DNA from: Ignavibacteriales bacterium CG07_land_8_20_14_0_80_59_12
GTDB taxonomy: Bacteria; Bacteroidota; Ignavibacteria; 0-14-0-80-59-12
Length of the DNA: 62,987 bases
Assembly (NCBI GenBank): GCA_002779395.1
Contig: PEWR01000139.1
Coordinates: forward strand, 3,723 to 66,709
Direction: 5' to 3'
The notes under the pieces are model-generated. The model was not told the DNA's origin. It saw only the letters and a list, made by a program, of their open reading frames with translations, and did no database searches. This document shows positions 18,699-25,917 of this stretch, one piece after another (the first letter of the stretch is position 1; every line of letters begins with the position of its first letter). The position numbers and the translations under genes are program-made.

Positions 18699-19250
18699 GT
18701 GAAAGAAATATTTAGCGGTCGGAGAAGAATTATAGCGGCAGCCGGACTCGCATCAATTGTTGTATTCATTTCCGCTGTAATTGGCATGATTTATATTTGG
18801 GATTCTCCAACCGCGCTTCGGAAGTTTGAGGCATGGCGAACTGGAGCAACGTATCTTGGAGATAGCGGAGTGGTCATTCAAGAAAGGTACAACGACTGTG
18901 GTCCTGCAGCATTGAAGATGGTATTTGACCATTACAACATCCACGTGGCTTTGATTGAAATTGAAAAAAGTGTCCATCTGACCAGGAAGGGATCCAGCAT
19001 CCTATCTCTCAAGGATATGGCAGAGAAGGAGGCACTCGGTGCTGAGGGTTGGAGGCTGTCACCGGAAGATTTCTACAAGGCTGCAAAGCCCCTCATCGCG
19101 TTTGTGCGTGGAGATCATTTTGTAGTAATCGACAGCATTACTTCAGATGGAACTGTTCACATTCGCGATCCGGCAATAGGAAAACTGAGGATGAGCCAGA
19201 ACAATTTTTTGAAAATATGGAAAGGTGAAACATTGGTATTTCGCAGATAA
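18699..19250 (+). CDS. stand-alone membrane-anchored peptidase C39 (bacteriocin-processing type)
   Basis: QERYNDCGPAALKMV (Gln and Cys with the spacing seen in ComA/LagD-type C39 domains), HFVVI (His) and IRDPA (Asp). One N-terminal TM preceded by RRR. The likely start is GTG at 18699, after the upstream stop. Confidence 0.8.
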   Translation: MKEIFSGRRRIIAAAGLASIVVFISAVIGMIYIWDSPTALRKFEAWRTGATYLGDSGVVIQERYNDCGPAALKMVFDHYNIHVALIEIEKSVHLTRKGSSILSLKDMAEKEALGAEGWRLSPEDFYKAAKPLIAFVRGDHFVVIDSITSDGTVHIRDPAIGKLRMSQNNFLKIWKGETLVFRR

Positions 19251-19454
19251 ATGCCGAGAGTTTGCGCGCAAAGACAGGTGCACGTCACGTCCGGATGTGC
19301 AACCAAATATCTTGCTCGCCGGTCTGCTTTCTGCGGAGGAGGAGATGACATTTCGGCTGGCTCCACGAATGTTATTTCCAATTTCGCAAGTAAAGCAGAC
19401 GGAGCCCGGCGGGCAAGAAGGTTAAACGGACGAAAATGATAGGAGGATTATGCT

Positions 19455-19742
19455 ATGAAGAAAGTAGCTTTAGTTATCTTGGCCCTGGCATTAGTCTTGA
19501 CTAGTGTGGCGTCATCGGGGGTGGCGCGAAACGAGACGATGCAATCGTATCAACTTAGCGCAGGACAACTGTCTTACGCTGTTGGCGGTACTGTATTGGG
19601 ATGCGTCGCCGGAATTGCTGGGGGCGTGGCCACTGTAGCATGCTTTGGAGGCGCATCTACCCCTATAACCTTCTGGGCAGTCCTTGGGTGCTCGGCGTTG
19701 GGAGTCGCCTCTATTGCGACAATCATAGACCAATGTTTTTAG
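19455..19742 (+). CDS. 95-aa Gly/Ala-rich 4-Cys peptide precursor (Sec-like signal plus double-glycine-leader-like motif)
   Basis: AGGAGG lies 8 nt before the ATG. Signal-like MKKVALVILALALVLTSVASS, then MQSYQLSAGQLSYAVGG, then a 50-aa tail TVLGCVAGIAGGVATVAC...IIDQCF. A terminator hairpin follows directly downstream. Confidence 0.7.
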   Translation: MKKVALVILALALVLTSVASSGVARNETMQSYQLSAGQLSYAVGGTVLGCVAGIAGGVATVACFGGASTPITFWAVLGCSALGVASIATIIDQCF

Positions 19743-19762
19743 GTCAATGTTAATGTCCTGAA

Positions 19763-19806
19763 GGGTGCATCCCATGTGTAAACGTGGGATGCACTCCATT
19801 TTCTGA
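19763..19806 (+). terminator. rho-independent-type terminator after the peptide gene
   Basis: The perfect 10-bp stem GTGCATCCCA/TGGGATGCAC (19765-19774 / 19785-19794) is extendable by 2 pairs. It has a 10-nt loop and is followed by TCCATTTTCT. Confidence 0.65.
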
Positions 19807-19851
19807 GAAGTTCGATTCGCAAGGAACTTATGACTCAATGTAGGTGCTCCG

Positions 19852-20616
19852 TTGGATTCAGATATAATATGCAAAACCAACCTTATAATCTCTTTCCGAC
19901 AGGGAAGGCGTGCCCTGTCTTTGTTCTTGCTCTTATTTGAAGCCTTTTCCCTTTCATTAGTTCTTGGTATCGCTCTGATTTCCGCGAAAGTTAGAATACT
20001 GCCTGAGAATAGTCAACTAATTGATCTTAGTATCTGGTGCTTGTTCATTTTTGAGTTTTTTCAGGCGAACGCTAAATCGAAGCCAAGCAATTTTTTTGCA
20101 AGAGGCGCGTTTTCAATCTTTCCAATTAGTCGGTTTGGTGTATTTCTATTGAGGCTCTTCCTTTTTATTACGGATTATAGATGGATACTTTATGCTCTTC
20201 CGCTGGTAATGTTTGTTGCATACTTTCTAATTGGTGGAAAGTTAGTCATGGCGTTTGGAGCCATTTTCGTGTATTCCATTGCGTACATATGGATGTCTGT
20301 GGTATTCTTGACTATACTCCTTTTTCTTAAGACCTTGTTTGCTCGTTTTGGCGAAGTGAATGCAAGTATAGTTGTCGCATTTTTCTCTATCCTTCTTTTT
20401 TCTCTTATCATAAATACCAGATTTCTTCCGTATTTTACTGGCTCTCCTTTACTGGTGTTGATTCGGGACGCTTTGTCATGTTTATGCATAGGCAATCTAA
20501 ATTGTTCAATCGGTTACGCTTTTGATATGTTGGTGTTTCTATTTGCAGGTGGTCTTATGGTCTTTCTCATCAGCAAGATTCGGTTGCCTTTTGGGAGGCG
20601 CATTGTTATTGATTAA
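19852..20616 (+). CDS. polytopic membrane protein (about 7 TM), putative permease/immunity component
   Basis: AT-rich ORF of 254 aa, very hydrophobic. TTG start, uncertain. No recognisable family motif. Confidence 0.55.
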   Translation: MDSDIICKTNLIISFRQGRRALSLFLLLFEAFSLSLVLGIALISAKVRILPENSQLIDLSIWCLFIFEFFQANAKSKPSNFFARGAFSIFPISRFGVFLLRLFLFITDYRWILYALPLVMFVAYFLIGGKLVMAFGAIFVYSIAYIWMSVVFLTILLFLKTLFARFGEVNASIVVAFFSILLFSLIINTRFLPYFTGSPLLVLIRDALSCLCIGNLNCSIGYAFDMLVFLFAGGLMVFLISKIRLPFGRRIVID

Positions 20617-21265
20617 GTTAATATGTATTGATTTGAAAATTCTTGTACGAGAGGAAAAACTGTTGTTGAGTATTGTTGTAATTCCTCTGTTCGTAGTCGT
20701 GGCGGACATACTCTTCAAGAAGACATCCAATTTTGCTTTGGGAGCTGGCCTACCTTTTGTTCTTATGGTGACGATGGTTTTTGGAACCATTTTTCGGGCT
20801 CTCTATACTGGGTATGGGCTGCACATGAACACCATGCTTGTATTTCCCTTATCCTCAATTGAAGTTGTTATCATCAAGAATCTCTCGAGTACTTGTGCGC
20901 TGGTACTTTCTAATTTATGGATTTCTATGTTCGCGTGGGTTTACCTTCGCTTCACTGCAGATACCATCCTCTCAGGTTTACTTTTTTCTGTTTATCTTCC
21001 CATAGTCCTCATTGAAGTCTACAACTTGCTTGGGTTCTGGATTGGTAACCCATCACGCCACGCTGGACTGTGGCTACTCTTGGTTGCAATGTTGCTTTCC
21101 ACTGCTAGTGGTATCTTTTTCTTATGCCAAATGTGGGGCTTTGGGCCGGTTGTAGCACTTACAGGAACCACCGTGTGCGCGTTCTGGCTTTCGCTCCGCT
21201 TCTGGGCTTTAATGTTTAGCAAGAAGAAATTTTGGTTGTTGCAAGAAGCGGAGAGTGGCGAATGA
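20522..21265 (+). CDS. polytopic membrane protein (about 6-7 TM), putative permease/immunity component
   Basis: 247-aa ORF overlapping the previous one by 95 nt; the true start is probably near 20610-20640, or the pair is frameshifted. Its stop overlaps the ATPase ATG (ATGA). Confidence 0.55.
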   Translation: MICWCFYLQVVLWSFSSARFGCLLGGALLLIKLICIDLKILVREEKLLLSIVVIPLFVVVADILFKKTSNFALGAGLPFVLMVTMVFGTIFRALYTGYGLHMNTMLVFPLSSIEVVIIKNLSSTCALVLSNLWISMFAWVYLRFTADTILSGLLFSVYLPIVLIEVYNLLGFWIGNPSRHAGLWLLLVAMLLSTASGIFFLCQMWGFGPVVALTGTTVCAFWLSLRFWALMFSKKKFWLLQEAESGE

Positions 21266-22047
21266 ATTGTATCGAGATCAAAAGACTAAGGAAGACATAC
21301 AAGAAAAATGTTGTTGCACTATGGAATCTCGACCTTAATGTGCCAGCTGGGTGCATCTTTGGTTTTGTCGGTCCAAATGGGGCCGGTAAATCAACCACGA
21401 TAAACATTATGGCTGGCATTATACCCAGAGATTCTGGTGAGATATTCATACTCGGGGGGGAAATAGATGAAGATGATTACAAGTACAAGCGGAATGTCGG
21501 ATTCATTCTCGAAAAGCCTCACTTTATTGAGAAGCTTACGGCGAAGGAATACTTAGAATTTGTCGCAACAATGTACAAAATCGATAAGGTCGAAACTCAA
21601 AAACGTGTCAATGAGCTGTTGGAATTCTTCGAACTTGAAGAAAAGCGCAACGACTGGATTGAAACCTATTCAGCTGGCATGAAGAAGAAAGTTTCCCTTG
21701 CTGCCGCAACAATTCACAACCCCAAATTGTTAATCCTCGATGAACCATTGGAAGGAATTGACCCTGTGTCTGCGAAAGACATCAAGGATATGCTCAAGAT
21801 GATGAAAGAAAAGGGTACAACGATTTTTCTAAGTTCCCATAATCTTGATATGGTTGAGAAGCTTTGTGAAGAGGTAGCCATCATGAACAAGGGGAAAATC
21901 GTTTTCCAAAGCAAGACAAAGGACATAAGAAAGAAGCTTAAAGACGAGGTAAGTCAGGAGACATATTCTTCACTTGAAGAGATTTTTATAGATATTGTTT
22001 CAGAAGAGAATCAGGAGAATAGGAAGAAGGCGCTTTCATGGTTGTAA
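21262..22047 (+). CDS. ABC transporter ATP-binding protein (ABC-2/DrrA-like)
   Basis: Walker A GPNGAGKST, signature YSAGMKKKVSLA, Walker B LLILDEP and H-loop SSHNL. Confidence 0.9.
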   Translation: MNCIEIKRLRKTYKKNVVALWNLDLNVPAGCIFGFVGPNGAGKSTTINIMAGIIPRDSGEIFILGGEIDEDDYKYKRNVGFILEKPHFIEKLTAKEYLEFVATMYKIDKVETQKRVNELLEFFELEEKRNDWIETYSAGMKKKVSLAAATIHNPKLLILDEPLEGIDPVSAKDIKDMLKMMKEKGTTIFLSSHNLDMVEKLCEEVAIMNKGKIVFQSKTKDIRKKLKDEVSQETYSSLEEIFIDIVSEENQENRKKALSWL

Positions 22048-22751
22048 GTTTCGAAAATCTTTTCCTGGTCATTAGTAGTCCTCCTAAAGCTTTCAGGAAC
22101 TTGAGGGAACAACCCAAGTGGCTTGTCGCTTTTTTGTTTATCTCATTTCTTTCCATTATCGCTGCTTGGAGGCTCATCCCTTTTTCAGAACAACTAAGTT
22201 ATCAAATCCTTGCACAGCGGTTGGGTGAAGAACAAGCGGGACAAGCAATCAGTATGGTCGAACGTCTTAAATACATTGAAGTAGCATTCGTACCAATTGG
22301 GCTCCTCCTTCGGTGGCTGGTTCTTACTGCCGTACTTTACTTTGCATCAATATTGTTGAGTGCACCAGATGAATTGAAGTTCAAGTCGGTTTATTCGCTC
22401 GTAGTTCACTCCGAAACAATTTTGGTATTGGCGGGGCTTCTAAACGTCATCATACTCAACTTAAAAGGTGTCTATTCTATTCATGCTCCTGCAGACTTGC
22501 AAGCTATTGTCGGTCTTGATTTCTTCCTTAAGAATAGAGCCTCCAATCTTTCACTTTTCACGCTCCTTAACGCCATCAACGTTTTCAATATCTGGTACAT
22601 CGCGGTCCTTACTATCGGCATTTCTGTCGCCACCGGCTTCAAGAAATTTAAGTCAGCCATTTTGGTAACGACTGTCTGGCTTTTAGGCGTAGGCTTCCAT
22701 GTCGCGCTAACCGCAATATCGAGCAATTCGCCATTGGGATTGGGCAATTAA
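22038..22751 (+). CDS. Yip1-domain-like membrane protein
   Basis: 237 aa, about 5 TM. The N-terminal FENLFLVISSPPKAFRNLREQPKWLVAFLF resembles Yip1/DUF1282-type proteins. Overlaps the ATPase stop by 10 nt. Confidence 0.55.
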   Translation: MVVSFENLFLVISSPPKAFRNLREQPKWLVAFLFISFLSIIAAWRLIPFSEQLSYQILAQRLGEEQAGQAISMVERLKYIEVAFVPIGLLLRWLVLTAVLYFASILLSAPDELKFKSVYSLVVHSETILVLAGLLNVIILNLKGVYSIHAPADLQAIVGLDFFLKNRASNLSLFTLLNAINVFNIWYIAVLTIGISVATGFKKFKSAILVTTVWLLGVGFHVALTAISSNSPLGLGN

Positions 22752-22933
22752 CACAAAACCATTGACTAAAATGTCATTCTCCTTTGCTGCCAACGGTGAA
22801 ACGATGAACCACTGCCAAGCGTAGGCTTGCGAGGACGCGCGGTCTTGCAAGCGGCGTTGACAGACTTCTGCCGATAAACAAGTATGGATCGTTCACAACA
22901 ATAAGTAGTGGTATTTGATGAACCTCTATTTAA

Positions 22934-23125
22934 TTGAACGCCAAAGATATCATCTTCGCTGCTCTTCGCATTCTAATTGGCTTGCTGTACGCAGGCACAG
23001 GGTTGTCCAAAGCCATCTCCTTTGAACAATTCCTAACGGACATTTGGACTTACCAGATTGTTTCGCCTTCCATTGTTTCTGTTTCCGCCGTTATTATTGT
23101 GATTCTTGTCTGTAGTATCTTCTGA
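22934..23125 (+). pseudogene. truncated MauE/DoxX-like gene fragment (AT-rich)
   Basis: 63 codons. RILIGLLYAGTGLSKAISFEQFLTDIWTYQIVS aligns with RIALGITFVVASIDKIADPGAFAQSILNYKLVS of the full-length gene at 23750-24244. It ends after about 1.5 TM. Confidence 0.6.
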
Positions 23126-23142
23126 TTCTGAGTCTTCTCGTG

Positions 23143-23172
23143 CAACATGGCCCGCCTTAGCGGGCCATGTTG
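23143..23172. other. perfect 13-bp inverted repeat at the island/GC boundary
   Basis: CAACATGGCCCGC-CTTA-GCGGGCCATGTTG, with no following T-tract. Confidence 0.85.
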
Positions 23173-23236
23173 TGTCGTGCGCCCGACAGGGAGCGCTCCC
23201 TCCGTGCCGATTCCGCTGTGCCGTCTTGCTGTCCAC

Positions 23237-23265
23237 TTGACAACATGAACGGTTTTCCGTAAACT
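23237..23265 (+). promoter_or_regulatory. sigma70-like promoter (TTGACA-17 nt-TAAACT) upstream of the rhodanese gene
   Basis: TTGACA at 23237-23242, a 17-nt spacer, and TAAACT at 23260-23265. The ATG is at 23286 with GGAGG upstream. Confidence 0.35.
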
Positions 23266-23285
23266 TGCACTGGAAAACTGGAGGC

Positions 23286-23750
23286 ATGGTGTTGTCCTTT
23301 CGTGTGCCGCTGCGCGAAGCCGCAATGCTCGTTATTGCCGCGATCATCCTGGGCTTCGCCTACACCGGTTTCACAAAGCGAGCGTTGTTCGCACCGCCGC
23401 CCCAGGTGGCTGGGCACTCCACCTCCGCTCATGAGAACGCTTCTCCCTGGGTTGCCTACCAGGAGGCGCGACGACTCATGGATTCGCGTGCGGCTCTCTT
23501 CATCGATGCCCGCCCCGAAGCTGAGTTCCGGTTCGGCCACATCGAAGAAGCCGTGAACATCCCGTTTGATGAGTTCGAGAGCAAACGGGATATGCTCGCG
23601 AGCATTTCAAGGGACACACTCATTGTTACCTACTGTAGTGGTGTGGGATGCGATCTAGCCTCGATGCTCGCCTCTCGACTGAGGGACGACGGATTCAGGA
23701 ATGTGAAGACCTACATTGGAGGATGGAACGAGTGGAGCGCACACCAGTGA
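23286..23750 (+). CDS. membrane-anchored rhodanese-domain protein
   Basis: N-terminal TM (AAMLVIAAIILGFAY). Rhodanese core LFIDARPEAEFRFGHIEEAVNIP...VTYCSGVGCDLAS...GGWNEW. Confidence 0.8.
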   Translation: MVLSFRVPLREAAMLVIAAIILGFAYTGFTKRALFAPPPQVAGHSTSAHENASPWVAYQEARRLMDSRAALFIDARPEAEFRFGHIEEAVNIPFDEFESKRDMLASISRDTLIVTYCSGVGCDLASMLASRLRDDGFRNVKTYIGGWNEWSAHQ

Positions 23751-24244
23751 TGGAAAGACCGACGACTGAGGCGGACGGGTGGCTCCTCATCTCGCTCCTC
23801 GTTCTCATCGTCAGGATCGCCCTCGGCATCACGTTTGTTGTCGCAAGCATCGACAAGATTGCCGACCCGGGGGCCTTTGCGCAGTCCATCCTGAACTACA
23901 AGCTTGTCTCACTTGATGTTGCCCTCGTCATCGCGACCGTTCTTCCGTGGCTTGAGCTGCTCTGCGGCCTCGGGATTCTCGCCGGGGTCCTCATTCGCGG
24001 CAGCGCGCTGCTCCTCTTCGTCATGTTGGTCGTTTTCACGGCGTTAGTTGTTAGCGCGCTTGCCCGCGGACTTGACATCTCCTGCGGCTGCTTCACCTGG
24101 GACCCGACGGCTGACAGGATTGGCTTGTGGAAGATCGGCGAGAACGCACTGCTGGTCCTCGGTTCAGTGATCATCTTCTACGCGAAGAGCACGAGGTTCT
24201 CGCTGGAACACTACTTCAGGGTTTCATCCTCCGGGACTGGGTAG
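23750..24244 (+). CDS. MauE/DoxX-family redox-associated membrane protein
   Basis: 164 aa, 4 TM, with a terminal DISCGCF motif. ATG overlaps the rhodanese stop (GTGATGG). Confidence 0.75.
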   Translation: MERPTTEADGWLLISLLVLIVRIALGITFVVASIDKIADPGAFAQSILNYKLVSLDVALVIATVLPWLELLCGLGILAGVLIRGSALLLFVMLVVFTALVVSALARGLDISCGCFTWDPTADRIGLWKIGENALLVLGSVIIFYAKSTRFSLEHYFRVSSSGTG

Positions 24245-24401
24245 CACTGGGGCCCCCGGTTCAGGTTGCCTCGATGCAGAGTCCGAGCTTCAGCACGTGA
24301 CGCCAGAGGGCGATTCGTGAATTGCCCCGGGCCACGCAGGTGTACGGTGTGTCTTGCGAGGCTCCCGCAAGTGATTTGTTGGCGACGGGGAAGGGGGGTG
24401 C

Positions 24402-24600
24402 CTATCGCGCGAGGCGGTCCATCATGATGGCTGCTGCAGCAATGGCGGCGGTTTCGGTACGAAGGCGTGCCCCACCGAGCGAAGCGAGATGTGCCCCCGA
24501 TTGTTTGAGGAGCGGCACCTCCGCGTCAGTGAACCCCCCTTCAGGTCCTACGTAGAGACGAATCTCCGAGCATGAAGGCGGAGGAGAGAGGGAAGATAGA
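24402..24600 (-). pseudogene. rsmE: rsmE (16S rRNA m3U1498 methyltransferase) C-terminal remnant
   Basis: Only IRLYVGPEGGFTDAEV...LGGARLRTETAAIAAAAIM is present, the C-terminal quarter of RsmE. The upstream three quarters are replaced by the end of the Omp85 gene. Confidence 0.7.
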
Positions 24601-24603
24601 TGT

Positions 24604-25917
24604 TCAGATGGACGCATTGAGGTCGAAGATGAACTGTCCCTTGAGCGACTGGTTGAATGCGTAGTCGAAGCGAACAACGAAACTATATGGAAGCTCAACG
24701 TGGATCCCCGCGCCGAACCCGGCGTAGAACTTCTTGTCGAGCGGGTTCTCATTTCTGAACCAGACCGTCCCGCCGTCCGAGAAGAGGGCAAGGTCAACGG
24801 CGATACGCCACGTATCGAACTGCGGTACGGGGATCTCGCTCACATGGATGTATACCGGCTGGAGGAGCTTGATGCGCAGCTCCACTGTGCTGCCGAAGAT
24901 GTTCTCCCCTTCGATCGTATCGTAGAAGTACCCTCTGATGCGCTCCAGGTATCCAAAGTAGACATGCCTGTAGGCGGGGACCGCATTCCCCCCCGTAATC
25001 TCGGCGAATGCGCGCACGCCGACGCTCGCCGCCGGTGAGAACCGAATAAACCGTCGGGCATCGGCCAGGAGTCTGACGTAGTCGTTCTTTCCTTCAAAGA
25101 ACTTCCCGTACGATAGTCCACCGTTGAGGTAGGTTCCGTCAGTGGCGTACTCCTTGAAGTCCCGCGTGTCGTACGATGCCCCGAGCGAGAGCATTGCAAG
25201 GTTGTCGACTCCGTCCGGCGAGACCGTCCTCCCGGCCCTCGTCTCATTGACGGAGAGCCGGTTGTACTCAAATCGACTCCACAGCGAGGTAAAGAGAGTA
25301 AGCCGTTTCCCGAAGAGGAACGAAGCATTCGTTTGGAGCTGATCGTAATTCGGTCCTTTCCCCTGCGCAAGGAGACTTCTGTTTCTCGGTTTCGACCACG
25401 AGATATCAGTCTCAAAGAAGAGATTGTGCTCCCGACTGATCCAGGGACTCTTGTAGGCAATTGATGCCCACGGATCGTACCCGAGCGAGAACCCCGCCCA
25501 CAGCTTCTCGTTCATCCCCCGGAAATTATCGTGGAGGAACCCGAGCCCGTAGTACGGCTTTTTCCAGTCCCTGTCCCTAAACCCGAACATCGGTACGGGG
25601 AAGATGTACCATCGTTCGCGCACCATGACGAGGAGAGGAGTGCGGCGGCTTGCGCCATCGTAGACGAGATCGACCTTCGTGAAGAGCCGGAGGCTGTAGA
25701 TGCGGTCGCGGTCGTAGCGGACCTTCTCGGGTGTGATGAGGGAGTCTTTGCGGAGAGACATCTCCCGGAGGATGATGTCCGAATCCGTCGTTGAGTTGCC
25801 GCTCACGAGGACGGTGTCTACGACGGGTGCGAGTGAATCCGGAGGGGGGCTCTGTGCGCGGAGCAGCCCGGCCGTGCAGGCGAGAAACACGATGATGGCA
25901 CGGAAGGCGAATCGCAT
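24604..25917 (-). CDS. Omp85/BamA-TamA-family outer-membrane protein (single POTRA)
   Basis: Signal MRFAFRAIIVFLACTAGLLRAQS, a POTRA-like VSGNSTTDSDIILREM, a beta-barrel, and a C-terminal GQFIFDLNASI. Confidence 0.8.
   Translation of the reverse strand: MRFAFRAIIVFLACTAGLLRAQSPPPDSLAPVVDTVLVSGNSTTDSDIILREMSLRKDSLITPEKVRYDRDRIYSLRLFTKVDLVYDGASRRTPLLVMVRERWYIFPVPMFGFRDRDWKKPYYGLGFLHDNFRGMNEKLWAGFSLGYDPWASIAYKSPWISREHNLFFETDISWSKPRNRSLLAQGKGPNYDQLQTNASFLFGKRLTLFTSLWSRFEYNRLSVNETRAGRTVSPDGVDNLAMLSLGASYDTRDFKEYATDGTYLNGGLSYGKFFEGKNDYVRLLADARRFIRFSPAASVGVRAFAEITGGNAVPAYRHVYFGYLERIRGYFYDTIEGENIFGSTVELRIKLLQPVYIHVSEIPVPQFDTWRIAVDLALFSDGGTVWFRNENPLDKKFYAGFGAGIHVELPYSFVVRFDYAFNQSLKGQFIFDLNASI

Noticed and set aside
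19225-19439. Two overlapping ORFs of 62-66 aa between the C39 and peptide genes as possible additional peptides.
   Set aside because: Neither has a ribosome-binding site, a leader-like motif or hydrophobic/Gly-rich character. One starts inside the C39 gene.
22752-22933. 180-bp spacer after the Yip1-like gene, containing a weak hairpin (GCTTGC-N16-GCAAGC) and tiny ORFs.
   Set aside because: The stem is only 6 bp with a large loop and no T-tract. The 17-aa ORF has no supporting signals.
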